A stretch of DNA of 64,000 nt from Octopus vulgaris (lineage: Eukaryota). The stretch is from assembly GCA_951406725.2 (NCBI GenBank), contig OX597822.1:88784001-88848000 (forward strand), in the 5' to 3' direction. This document shows positions 1-12,305 of this stretch, piece by piece. The first letter of the stretch is position 1. Each line of letters starts with the position of its first letter. Below the pieces are notes generated by a model. That model ran no database searches, had not been told where the DNA came from, and saw only the letters and a program-made list of their open reading frames with translations. The position numbers were made by a program, and so were the translations under genes.

Positions 1-82
1 ATTTCATTTATGCCTCTCTAATTATTATCATTTCATAACAATTATCAATATCCTATTAATTATATTTAATATTTTATTGTAG

Positions 83-203
83 TTTTGGTGTTTCAGTCAA
101 AATGAACATACTTCTCTTTTCACCGGCTCTCCTCCTCCTATTATTGGTGAGGCACGGCATTTTAAAAACTATCTACCACTTAATAATATGTGCTCTTCCT
201 CAG
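83..203 (+). CDS. ALG3: ALG3 (Dol-P-Man:Man5GlcNAc2-PP-Dol alpha-1,3-mannosyltransferase) internal coding exon; gene starts upstream of the window
   Basis: AG at 81-82, GT at 204-205. Translates (S)FGVSVKMNILLFSPALLLLLLVRHGILKTIYHLIICALPQ, matching the ALG3 SVKMNxLL motif. Confidence 0.95.
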
Positions 204-854
204 GTTTGTGATATTATTTACATTTTCATCTCTTCACATTTTTGACAATGTTTTACCCATTTTGTGTTACTACCTACATGCACTAGCTATACAAAAGCCC
301 TATTTTAGTGTTGTGAAAGAATGGCAACTGGAAATCTAAACCAGGTAGCAGACTTGACGCATCAGGTGCTCATCTCTTCTTTTTAGATTTATCATTGCTC
401 TAACTCTAATGTACATTAAGTCCATGATTAAGACAGTTAACTCCTAAATAGTTGCTTCACAGAGTTAGAAATGTGTATAATAGAGCAATACAGCTTGCCA
501 CTAAAAGCAGAAAAGCCCCAAATCCTCCTAAAAGCATAATTAGCTCTGTCAGACTAACTTGTATTGGGGGTGAAGTCTTAAAGTGATATTCCATTAATTA
601 AATGCCGTACCTAATTACAGACAAAGGCCTAATAAAAGTGACATAAAAAATGTTTAATTTATTTCAACAAATAGTTCAGAGATTAGATATTGTACTCTAT
701 AGAATGGGTGAAATGTAACAAGTTTATATAGACTGCATGGTCTCTCTATTAACATTATAGTATATATGACATTATATTATATATAAACATTACATAATAT
801 ATATTAGCATTATATTATATATGTTATCATTATATTATAAATGAGGAGGAAGGG

Positions 855-1180
855 GAGACCCCTTTCAGTCATGAATGACCATGGGATTGCACCTTGAAAG
901 TTACCCTCCGAGGCACAAGTCTGAGCAAGATTGTTTGTGGAAGGCTAGCAGTCGCCCATGCATACCAGCCTCCTCTCTCCACACCACTGATGTTATCCAA
1001 GGGAACAGCAAAGGCCGATACAGCTTGGCACCAGTGATGTAAGTCATTTCTACAGCTAAGTTAACTGGAGTAACGTGAAATAAAGTGTCTTGCTCAAGAA
1101 CAGAACACACAGCCTGGTCCAGGAATCAATTTCACGATCATAAGCTCGACGCTCTAACCACTGAGCCATGCACCTTCACT
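855..1180 (-). mobile_element. tRNA-derived SINE (family A)
   Basis: Minus-strand head with A-box-like TGGCTCAGTGG; a second copy lies at 30915-31240. Confidence 0.8.
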
Positions 1181-1423
1181 TTATATTATAAATATCAACA
1201 TTATATTATATCTTATAGAATACACTACTATTATTTCTTTTAGATTTCAAATGTTTGGCTCAGGTTTAGCAGCATTTTGTTAAAGATGAAATAGGGACAA
1301 ATTTATTTTCCTCCTATTTTTCATTCTTAAATCACTTGCACTTTTATCTTTCTATTTCTTTATTAAAAAAAAAACCTTTTAACCTCTTGAATTGGTTGAA
1401 TTTTTGGTTTCTGTTTTTTACAG

Positions 1424-1629
1424 ATCGTACTTGCGCTACCATTCCTCATAGAAAATCCTGTTGGGTACATTGTGCGTTCTTTTGACCTTGGTCGACAATT
1501 TCTTTTCCAATGGACTGTCAACTGGCGGTTTCTACCAGAGGATATCTTTCTGAATCGTTATTTCCATATAAGTCTTCTTGTCTTGCACATTTGTGTCCTA
1601 CTTCTTTTTATACAATGTCGTTGGAAATG
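1424..1629 (+). CDS. ALG3: ALG3 coding exon
   Basis: CAG at 1421-1423, GTAATT donor at 1630. Translates [68 protein letters not shown], containing the conserved [21 protein letters not shown] motif; phase matches the previous exon. Confidence 0.97.
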
Positions 1630-2396
1630 GTAATTAATCCTTTTAATTGTTTATATCTAATTAAGAAAGTCTACCTAGAATACTTTAGAATTTACAAGTC
1701 TATTTGTTTTGGTATCATAACTAAGTAATATAAAATTCTGTCAGTTTTTTTTTTTTTTAAATTTGCTCGATTTCATTGAAATGGGATAGTTAATTCTGAG
1801 ACACTCTATAGTGTCAGAAAGACATGTTAGAGTTAAAGGGTCAGAAAAACCAATGTAGAAATTATATGAAAAAAAGATGTATGCAGGTGAGGTAGTATTC
1901 ACTAATTATTTAAAGGATCTTGTTCTTGGATGCTGAAGACTAAAGTGAACACACTATTCCAAATAAAGGAGTATTTCTATGCCAGCATGGAAAGCGGACG
2001 TTAAACGATGATGATGATGATTAAACAAGCTAATTTTACACAGTATCATCATCATCGTCGTTAAGTGTCCTCCTTCCATGCTGGCATAGGTTAGACAACT
2101 CAGCATGTGTACCCCTTTTAAATGTAAGTATTTGTATAAGAAAGATTAGCATGTGTCCTCAAATGTAAGTGTTCATGTAAGAAAGACTACCCTGTTTCAC
2201 TTTGTTTACGAATGTAAAACATTTATGGTTTATTGTTAGATGAACTACCAAGGAATACAATTTACTGAAGAGATAGTATTAATTTTATTTCAAACTTTTC
2301 ATAGTTACGCCACATATAATTCATAACTTTGGGGAAAATATCCAATTACAGTTCTTGTTTGCTGCTTATAATTAATTAGATTGTTTTTAATTTCAG

Positions 2397-2458
2397 TATG
2401 ATTCCACCAATAAACTGGACTTTATCCTCAAAGAAACAGAAAAATCTTGGACCAAATC
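2397..2458 (+). CDS. ALG3: ALG3 coding exon ending at a U12 AT donor
   Basis: TTTCAG acceptor at 2391-2396. Translates (C)MIPPINWTLSSKKQKNLGPN, followed directly by ATATCCTTT; phase is consistent on both sides. Confidence 0.88.
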
Positions 2459-2877
2459 ATATCCTTTTCCTTTTCTTTAAATGAAAACTTGGTTTAAACT
2501 GAGCAACATAATAATTATTGTTATTTAGCTCTGAAATAGCAGAACTACAATCAAAGGTATTCCAGCTCTAACCATGCCATCTTTTGTTTTTTTATAGTAT
2601 ATCTAGAACTATGTTCTCCACTTACGTCCATTTTTTATCAATAGTCATAGGAATCTTGACCTAGGGTTCACCTATACTATCCTTGTAAGTGAAGCAAAAG
2701 ATGGTCCTAAAAATAGGTCAAATGTTTATGTAAATTTATCGTTAATTCTAGAAGTTTATTGTTCCATTCATTGCAAAGAGTATATTATTAGTGTAGAGGT
2801 ATTCTAATATGCTTGATTTATTTTTCTGGTTCTTGGTTTCTCTATTATTATAATTAGTATTACTATATATAGTGTTA

Positions 2878-3758
2878 TGTCATCATCATCATCATCATCA
2901 TTTAATGTCCATTGTCCATGCTGGCATGGGTTGGACAGTTTGACCAGGGATGGCAAACTGGAAGGGTGCACCAGACTCCAGCCTGATTTGGCATGGTTTC
3001 TACAGCTTGATGCCCTTCCTAATGTTAACTACTCTGAGAGTGTAATGGGTTTTACGTGCCGCCAGCATGGATGCTGTTTGCATGACACTGCGATTTTGCT
3101 CGGCTTCATAGGTCATGTCAAGTACAACATAATACCAAAGGTCTCCGTCATTGCCTCTGTGAGGCCTACCACTTGAAATGAGCTCAGCCACTTTGCCTCT
3201 GTAAGGCCCAACACTCGAAAGGTGCTTTTATATGTGCCAGTTAGATGACACTAGCATTAGCCATGACTATGATTTTACTTAGCTTGACAGGTTTTCTCAA
3301 GCACAGAATATCACCAAAGGTCTTGGTCACTATTCATTGCCTCTGTGAGACCCAAAGTTCAAAGATCATGCTTCACCACCTCATCCTATGTCTTCCTGGG
3401 TCTACCTCTACCATAGGTTCTCTCCACAGTTAGAGTTCAGCACTTCTTTACACAGCTGTCCTCGTCCATTCGCACCACTTGACCATACCAGCGCAGTCGT
3501 CTCCCTTGCACACCACATCTGATGCCTAATATGCCTAACTTTTCTCTCAAGATGCTTACACTCTGTTGAACATGCACACTGATGTTGCATATCCAACAAA
3601 GCACACTGGCTTAATTTCTTTTAAGCGTACGCATGTCCTCAGCTGTAACAGCCCATGTTTCACTGCTATGTAACATAGCTGTTTGCACACAGGCATCATA
3701 CAATCTGCCTTTGACTCTGAGAGAGAGGCCCTTTGTTGCCAGCAGAGGTAGGAGCTCT
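2878..3758 (-). mobile_element. RTE-clade LINE 3' fragment with (ATG)n tail
   Basis: Same 3' sequence as the elements at 35530-36780 and 60150-62355; decayed RT C-terminus. Confidence 0.85.
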
Positions 3759-3954
3759 AAATGTTTATTTAAATTGTTTAAAAGTATATCTTCCTGCGTG
3801 AAGGCATCTTAGTGCTCATTCTTGCCTTGTTTTTATTGGATGAAATTTTGAAGTAAAAATTTGGTACATTTCCTTTATGCGTAAGTTGCATCTCTTACCA
3901 CCTGTTCTATAAGGTTTAGGTCTACTAATAGTATTTTAGCCTATCGAATAGATT

Positions 3955-4316
3955 TTGCTTACCAACCACATGGTTCCGGGTTCAGTCCCACTGCGTGGCA
4001 CCTTGCGCAAGTGTCTTCTACTATAGCCTCGGGCTGATTAAAGCTTTGTGAGTGGATTTGGTAGACGGAAACTGAAAGAAGCCCGTCGTATATATGTATA
4101 TATATATATGTGTTTGTCCCCCCAACATCGCTTGACAACCGATGCTGGTGTGTTTACATCTCCGTAACTTAGCGGTTAAGCAAAAGAGACCGATAGAATA
4201 AGTACTAGGCTTACAAAGAATAAGTCCCGGGGTCGATTTGCTCAATTAAAAGGTGGTGCTCCAACATGGCCACAGTCAAATGACTGAAACAAGTAAAAGT
4301 AAAAGTAAAGTAAGTA
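3955..4316 (+). mobile_element. tRNA-derived SINE (family B)
   Basis: B-box-like GGTTCAGTCCC, internal TA tract, CAGTCAAATGACTGAAACAAGTAAAAG tail; many copies in the window. Confidence 0.85.
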
Positions 4317-4335
4317 TAAATATATGTATTTTTTT

Positions 4336-4712
4336 TACTCATTTATTTGTTTCAGTCATTTGACTGTAGCCATGCTAGAGCACCACCTTTAGTCAAACAA
4401 ATCAACCGCAGGACTCGTTCTTTGTGAGCCTAGTACTTATTCTATTGGTCTCTTTTGCTAAACCACTAAGTTACGTGTTTGTAAACATACCAGCATCGAT
4501 TGTCAAGTGATAGTGGGGGAACAAATACAGACACACAAACATATATACACACATATGACAGGCTTCTTTCAGTTTCCATCTACCAAATTCACTGAAGGCT
4601 TTGGTCAGCCCAAGGCTATAGAAGAAGACTCTTGCCCAAGGTGCCACGCAGTGGGACTGAACCCAGAACCATGTGGTTGTTAAGCAAGCTACCTACCACA
4701 CAGCTACTCCTG
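4336..4712 (-). mobile_element. tRNA-derived SINE (family B), inverted relative to the adjacent copy
   Basis: Reverse complement of 3955-4316 over essentially its full length. Confidence 0.85.
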
Positions 4713-6853
4713 GACCTATCAATAATATTAATACGCTTAGTTTTGTTTGTTTTTGTCCGTACCTGTGGTGTCTCTCACACTTACTTCAAAGAAGAAGTGA
4801 GTGGCAAAGCGAGAGAGAATAGAGAGGAAGTAAGAGAAAAAGAGAGAGAGAGAGAGTGAAAGGGACAGTGAGTGGTGATAGCGTTGATTTTTTGTTTTTA
4901 AATGTTTATCACATCGCAAGAAAAGTAGATACATAGATCCAAAGAAAAGTTGATACATAGATATATACACACATTGTTAAATTAAAAGTGGGAGAGAGGA
5001 GGAGCATAGAGGAAGTGAAAGAGAAAGAGAGAGAGAGACAGTAGATACATAGATCCACAAAAAGATAATTACATAGATACTTAAATACAACAAATATTGG
5101 ATGTCACTTTCACTTTTCATTACCACATGAGGATAAAATTAACTCGCAAGTTGCTGAGTACTCCACAGACATGCATATCATTAACGTAATTCTCAGGGAG
5201 ATTCAGTCTCACACAGAATATTATAAAGCTGGCCCCTTTGAATTACAGCTACAACTCATTTTGACCAGCTGAGTGGACTGGAGCTAGATAAACCTTCAAG
5301 TGGGTGGGAGAAAATGATAAAAGATCCTATATAGGGGCAGGAAAATCTTTTTAGTTGATAGGGTCACTATGGGTGTTAATCCGGTCCTAACAGCAGCATT
5401 TGTGGGTCTCACAGATCTGGAGGTCAAGTCCCCACATAAACACTAATGCACAGGCTATTGTTATCAAACTGAGCATGAGCTGAGGGTGAATGCATGCCGG
5501 AAAAGCAATTATTTTGTCTTAGCTTTCACTGCTTATACTACACACATGACATTTTTGCCTTACGATATGGAACATTTCCTTTTCTTTCTCTTAAAAAATG
5601 GCTCTCGATCGGTTACGTCAATGAGGTTCCTGTTTATCTGATCAATGCACAGTCTGCTCATAAAATTAACATGCAAGTAGCTGAGTACTCCACAGACATG
5701 CATACCATAAGGTAGTTCTCAGGAAGATTCAGCCTCACACAGAATGTGACAAGGTTGGCCCCTTTGAATTACAGCTACAACTCATTTTTGCCAGCTGAGT
5801 GGACTGCAGCAAGCACCTTGCTCAAAAACACAGCATGCCGCAGGGAATCGTACTCATGACTTTACGATCATGGGCTGAATACCCCTAACCACTGAGTCAC
5901 ACACCTTCACTCTCTTAACCGTAGGGAAAAGGAGTGAAGCAATAGACACAGAGAAAGGAAAGCCTCAGTCATTTACAATGACAATTAGACCGAAATACGA
6001 TCAATCTTTTCTAGCTTCTTTACTTTTAATAATGAAGAAGAGGGAAAGACATTCAGTAATGAATAGAGGAGAAAGTCTTTCAGGCGTTTACATTTTTATT
6101 CTGGGAGTTCTAGAATGATCGACTGCTAGTTCTCGGAGAAAGCTGCTTATTAATTAGGTATGTAACAATTGCTAAAAGAAAGCAATTATTAAAGAGTTTA
6201 CTGTCTGGAAATATTTTTATAAATTCATGTTCTAAGAAATTTCCTATAATTTCAATTTCTCAAGTTTATCGAATTTTTTAAACTCCAATTCATCATAAAT
6301 TTAAATATTCATTGCATTCACTGCGGACTATTCCATTTTCATTTGCAAAGTCTCTCACTTTCTCTTTTAAGTTTTAATTCGCTATTTGAAATACTGATAG
6401 TTTATTCCATTAATGTATATGTAATGAAAATTTTTTTAAATACCCGTATAATTTTTGAATGCAGGATAGCTGTAAGAAGAGCCTAGAAAGTTGGGTAATT
6501 ACTTTTAGAAGACAAGGAGAAAAAAAAAAGTTACCCACAAGTACTCAAAACTTGCACCTTATTCACAGTTTCCAAACATTCTATACCACTAAGCCATTAT
6601 ATACAAAAACAAGTTACACAAGCAACTTCAACAGTGACACACACACACCAATTCACACTTCCGCACACACAGAGATACACATACCCACAAATGAAAGGCA
6701 ATGAGTATGTGTGTGCTCAATGACAAAACTTTGTGCTGCATCACTTTTGTGAAGTTTTGTCAGTGAACAGGTTTTGGTTTGAAAGCGACGAAAATATTTT
6801 GGCACAAATGAAATTTTAATATTGAAGTGAAACTGGTAATACTTGAATACAGA

Positions 6854-7045
6854 GGTAATACTTGAATACAGAGGTCCCTTAATGATGCTACTTAAATACA
6901 GGTCTTACATACAAAACCTTTTAAATGTATGCTGTGTGGACATGTAATGACACCCTAGCCCTAACTAACCCTAACCTTAAAAACTAACCCTCCTCTTCAT
7001 ATTGTTATGTAGATGCATTGGGACCTCTATATTTAAGTAGTGCCA
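6854..7045. mobile_element. MITE with ~25-bp TIRs and internal CCCTAA-like repeats
   Basis: GGTAATACTTGAATACAGAGGTCCC pairs with GGGACCTCTATATTTAAGTAGTGCC; the left end is tandemly duplicated (19 bp). Confidence 0.6.
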
Positions 7046-8287
7046 TGAAGCTAATGGTTTCGTGTGTTCTTGAATGGCTTACAAACATCTATTATGCAAT
7101 TGTTTTTGTTTCAGCACACAATTTCAGATCAAGTCATTTGCTATGCAAGTACATCTCCCTAATTTGTTTAAATCACTATGGATAAATGTTAGCAATGATC
7201 TTCTCAGGCTATCCAATATTTTAATTTCTGAACAGAAACAATCAGGGGCAGGGAGTGGGGTTGCAAAAAATCTCAAATGTATTTATGGGGGTGAAATATT
7301 GAAAAACATCAATACATGCGAAAGTGATAAAGAAATGAGGAGGGTTGACTTTGGACGTGCTAGAAACAACAGCCAAATCGCCCTTAAATCACTCACTTTT
7401 CCCTCTGAAAATATTAGCATTTTTTTTTTTTTACTGAAAATGCTCTACCCATGGTTTTGAAATGCAAAAAAAATTGCCCAAAATAGGTCCGGAGTGGGAT
7501 GATGAGGGAAGGAGGGTGTAAAAAAAATAGTTTTCAAAACATTTTTCATACAAAGATGCCCCCAACCCCATCATTTCGAAGGCTGTGCCTTAAAAAAAAA
7601 AATGGAGAAAAATACCCCCCACAAATTTCTTTATAATTGTAATCTATGCCATTTGAAAGGGATTTGCATAAATTTTCATTAAAAGATACCCATCTTCCCG
7701 AAAGTTATGAGGGGAAAAAAGTCAGATTGTGTGAATTTCCCGAAATTCTTCTCACCAGCCCCTCGGAAAAATTCTTTCCTATAAATCCCTATATACTCTG
7801 AAGCTACAACATCTAAGTGGTATATGTAAAAAATTTTGTTAAAAAGTATTCATTTTTCTGGATGTTAGGAGGCAACAAATTCAGGGGCATATACATCTGT
7901 AGTAATGCCCTTTTATTTATATGATTTTTTTTTCATTTCATGTTTATTTCATTAATTGTTTGCAATGTTCTCTCTCTCACATACACACACTAGAAAGCTT
8001 ACAGATGGGCTGCTGAATTGAAATCTCTATGTTGTTTTGAGGGCAAGGTAAAACTTGACAAACTGCTTCTCCCTCTGTTGTTGGACTACCATGATGTTTG
8101 TTTAAAAAGAGGGATTATGACTGTGATAAAATAATGAAAGCAAAATTTAGTAAGTAAGCACTATAATACAAAGAAGTAATTAGACATAGAATATAAAAAT
8201 TATTAGAACTGGGAATCAAATGTCAAAATATTATCAAGGGGCTAGCAGAAAACCACCCAGAGGGCAGTCTTTCTGCTAGTATATGTA

Positions 8288-8685
8288 ATTATTAATTTAT
8301 ATATATATATATACATGTACATACACACACACATATATATACACATACACACACACACACACACATATATATATACACACATACATATGTACACACATAT
8401 AATACATATCCACTTATACACATGTATGCATGCACATATATATAGACATACATAAACACATACGTATACAAATACATATACATATATATATACATCCATC
8501 TCACATATGCACACACGTATACACATGCATATGCATATATATACATATACGTACTACTCATTCTGGCAAATATATATAATACTGTACCAAGAACTTTTTC
8601 TTTACTATTCTACGATATATATGTGCGTGTGTGTTTGTGCATATATATATATATATACTATGTATGTATATATATATACATGTGT
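8288..8685. repeat. Compound (TA)n/(CA)n microsatellite; similar tracts at 9230-9352, 19435-19630, 32530-33200, 39718-39786, 41270-41460, 42150-42426, 43985-44080, 51790-52100, 59905-59958
   Basis: Directly visible dinucleotide tracts; source of the spurious YIYI/THTH ORFs. Confidence 0.95.
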
Positions 8686-9250
8686 GAGTGTGGATGCTGA
8701 CAACAGCCCCATAAAGAAGTGCCACTCTCTCAAAGTGGATGGAACTTGTGGAAGAGAGAGTCTCAGGAAGACAGGATGAAGTTGTAAAGAACAATCTCAG
8801 GACACTGAACATTTCAGACAAGATGACAAATGACTGAGATACCTGGCGCTATCCTGTACTCAAGAAGACCCATCTTTCATAGCAGAAGTATTAAGCCCAC
8901 TCCTACTGGTAAAGAAGATTGACCTGCAAGAGTTATGTGCTGGTGTTACATAAAAAACACTTGTGCCAGTGCCATAAAAAAGCACTTATGCCGGTGCCAC
9001 ATTAAAAATACCTAGCATAAACTGTAAAGTGGTTGGCATTAGGAAGGGCATCCAGACATAGAAACCAAACCAGATCAGACTGGAACTTAGTGCAGCTCTT
9101 CTGCTTGTCAACTCTGGTTACAAAGTCCAGCCAATTCCACAGCATGGAAAACGGATGTTGAAGTATGCTGATGATGATGATGATGATGATATGTATATAA
9201 ATGGAACAAAAATGCAACATGTATATATACGCACACACATACATGCATAC

Positions 9251-9355
<105 letters not shown>

Positions 9356-9449
9356 TGAGCACAACCTGGAAAATTACAGGAAAAGTTATGACACTTGGAA
9401 AAGTTCAGGACAACTTATTATATCTGGTAAAGTATTGAACAAGAAAATT

Positions 9450-10062
9450 TTTACTTAAAATATTGCAGCTAAAGATAAAATTTGAATATTAAAAATTATT
9501 TGGTTTTAATTTATCAAGTAACATTATAATTAAAAAAAGTTAACATCATTTTGTTAAAATATTGACACATTAGAATATTTAAAAAATGAGAGCCAGAAGT
9601 ACCAATATAGCTAAAGTTTTATGCAAAGTAGAATAGTATATATGGTAGGCAAATTCATTATGTAAAAAATAGACATTGGGTCAAGACTAAAAATGTGAAG
9701 ACTTGGCAATAACTCAAACAAATTTTACTGTGAATTTGTTGTTATAGGTAGATTTTACTGTAATATATAACTAATTTTTATATTATTCTATTCATTGTAC
9801 TAACTAATTATGTACTACTATTATTTTTTATACCCTATTTTCAAATTTCTAATAATTAATTGATAATGAAAAAAATTAATGTTTTTATAGAGTGCAAAGA
9901 TATTTCAGTTGAGTTATTTTTAATTTTTAATAGAAGTAACAAGTAATAATAAATGGAAGTAATAACTTGTAATAAAATTTTTAGTTTTAATAAAAGCTAA
10001 TATTTTCTAAATCTAGATATTTTATTTGAAATTTTATCCTTAGCTGCAATATTTTAAGTAAA
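9450..10062. mobile_element. AT-rich MITE-like element with ~35-bp TIRs
   Basis: TTTACTTAAAATATTGCAGCTAAAGATAAAATTT at 9450 is the near-exact reverse complement of 10029-10062. Confidence 0.65.
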
Positions 10063-11284
10063 GATTTGTCGCCATTTTATATTTTTAATTTCGTGCATGT
10101 GCTTTGTTAGTTTTTGATTTTGTCGACTACACAGTATAGTAGGGTCAGTTGGGCACCGTCTGAGAAAAGTAGTACCATGACACAATTCCCTCTGCCAGAA
10201 ATTTCAAAACAACATGCTGCACTGCCTGACATTCATGCTGGAATACGAACATTTCACAGTGTTTGGGTGTCAATCTGAGAACAGTGCAGAGGATTTAGAA
10301 AGAGTTAGATGAGTCTGATGGTGATTATGAAAGTACAGCAGCTTGGGAAATTCACTCTGATCGTTCTGATAAGAAAAGAACTCCTGAATTTGTTGGTGAG
10401 ATTCAGGCCTTGATTGACAACGATCCTTCCAAGTCAATCAGGTCCATTGCCAGGGATATGGGAGTGTCTGAGTTTCTTATCAGGCAGGTGGTGCATGAAG
10501 ACATTCGGTATTCCTCATACAAGATGAGAAAGGGCTAATTTTTATCCCAAGCCATCAAGGACAAGAGGAAAGACCAAACTACAAAGCTTTTGAACAGCCT
10601 CAAGCATCCCCTCCAACTGAACATGTTTTGTTTTTTCTCAGACGTGTAAAATTTCTGCCAGGACCAGATGGTGAACTCACAGAACAACTGTTGGTTTGCC
10701 ATGTCCCCAAAACTGTACTGAGAATGATAAAAATCAAACATCCAGTCAACATCATGGTGTTTGCAGTGATCACTAGTGATGGTGACATTATGCCTCCATT
10801 CAGCTTCAACATGGAGGCCTACATCAAGTGCCTGGAGGAGGTAGTGCTGACCTGGGTCAATAGGGTGGCTGCTGGAAGAACCTATGTCTGGCACCAGGAC
10901 TCCACACCATGCCACACAAGTAGAAGAACCCAATTCATGGTTTGTCAGACAATTTCTGCAACCACATCACCCCTAACATCCAACCACCTAACTCCCCAGA
11001 TTGTAACCTTCTTGATTATTTTGTGTGGGGCACAGTTGAGCGAGAACCAACAGAACTCCTTGCAGCACCAAAGATTAACTGAAAGCAACAATTATGGCAG
11101 CATTCACCAACGTAAAGAAGGTGACCGTGGTTGAAGCCAATAGTGATTTTATTGAATAAATTTACTCTTTAGTATTTCAAGGTATTTTTATGTAATTTTG
11201 GTAAATATATCTGTTAAAATGAGATGTTGGTGTTATTTTCCTTTTTGCATTATTTAGATGACAATTTATTCACTGCACCCTATA
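10063..11284 (+). mobile_element. Tc1/mariner-superfamily transposon relic (maT/DD37D-like), frameshifted
   Basis: KHPVNIMVFAVITSDGD, YVWHQDSTPCHTS and frameshifted PPNSPDCNLLDYFVWG motifs; ends in a TIR-like CACTGCACCCTATA. Confidence 0.85.
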
Positions 11285-12175
11285 TGTATGTATATATATA
11301 TATATATATATATTTACAAGTATCAGTATTTTTATGCTGTATATTGTAGTGATGGGAATTATCTCAGGAACATAAAAAAGAATTATTTGTGTGTAATCCT
11401 TTCTACTATAGACACAAGACCTGAAACTGTGGAGGGGGGTTTGTCGATTACATCAACCCTACTGCTTGTTTGGTACTTTCTTTAATGACCTGAAAGGACA
11501 AAAGGCAAAGTCGACCTTGACAGAAATTGAATTCAGAATGTAAAGATGGACAAAATTCTGCTAAGCATTTAATCCAGTTCTGCCAGCTCACTGCCTTATT
11601 TGCATGTAATAATAACAGTGGTTTATATGTACACAGGAATAACAACAGCAGCAGCTGTTTGTGTGTGGATTAGAATATATATGTAGATAAGTGTAACAGC
11701 AGCTGTAGTTTATGTGCGATTACAATATATGTGTAGATAAAAATAATCCTTTCTACTATAGACACAAGACCTGAAATTTTGAGGAGAGGAAGTAGTCGAT
11801 TACATCAGCCCCAGTGCTCAACTGGTAATTATTTCATTAATTGCCAAAAATTTATAGACAAAGTCAACCTCAGTGGCATTTGAACTCAGTAACATAAGAA
11901 TGGACAAAATGCCGCTAAGCATTTTCTCCATCATACTAATGACTGCCAGCTCACTACTTTTGTATGCATTAATCTATGTAGATAAAACTAGAAGAAACTG
12001 AAATGTGTCTAAAAATCATTTAACATCCTTATTTGACATGAAGTCTTTATCTAATTTTAATATCTTCAACAGCTATTATGAATGTTACATAATGGCTCTC
12101 CTGCAAATATTTATCCTGTTTTACTGTTATAAATTGATACTTTCTATATTGCCAAATAACCTTAACTTACCCCAC

Positions 12176-12305
12176 AGATCATTCTTCCTTTATTTTCTGC
12201 AAATTTCATAGGAATGTGTTTCAGTCGATCTCTCCATTACCAGTTCTATGTCTGGTATTTCCATACTCTCCATTACTTACTTTATGCCATTAAGTTACCA
12301 TTCAA
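12176..12305 (+). CDS. ALG3: ALG3 coding exon
   Basis: Translates (Q)[42 protein letters not shown](K), with the ALG3 signature [13 protein letters not shown]; GTAAGT donor at 12306. Confidence 0.97.

Noticed and set aside
1510-1728. Listed ORFs 1510-1728 and 15160-15426
   Set aside because: Wrong-frame overlaps of real ALG3 exons.
3955-4030. tRNA genes at SINE heads
   Set aside because: Only A/B-box-like remnants continuing into SINE bodies; no complete cloverleaf.
4274-4300. SINE tail CAGTCAAATGACTGAAACAAGTA resembling a hammerhead 3' half
   Set aside because: No CUGANGA core upstream; better explained as a LINE-derived 3' stem-loop.
6713-6769. Hairpin resembling a pre-miRNA
   Set aside because: Short stem with a large loop in a repeat-like context; no recognisable mature miRNA.
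12173-12177. CAG as a conventional U2 acceptor for the ALG3 exon
   Set aside because: No frame-compatible GT donor follows the upstream exon; the AT-AC reading gives exact U12 consensus signals and restores the conserved PNQI.
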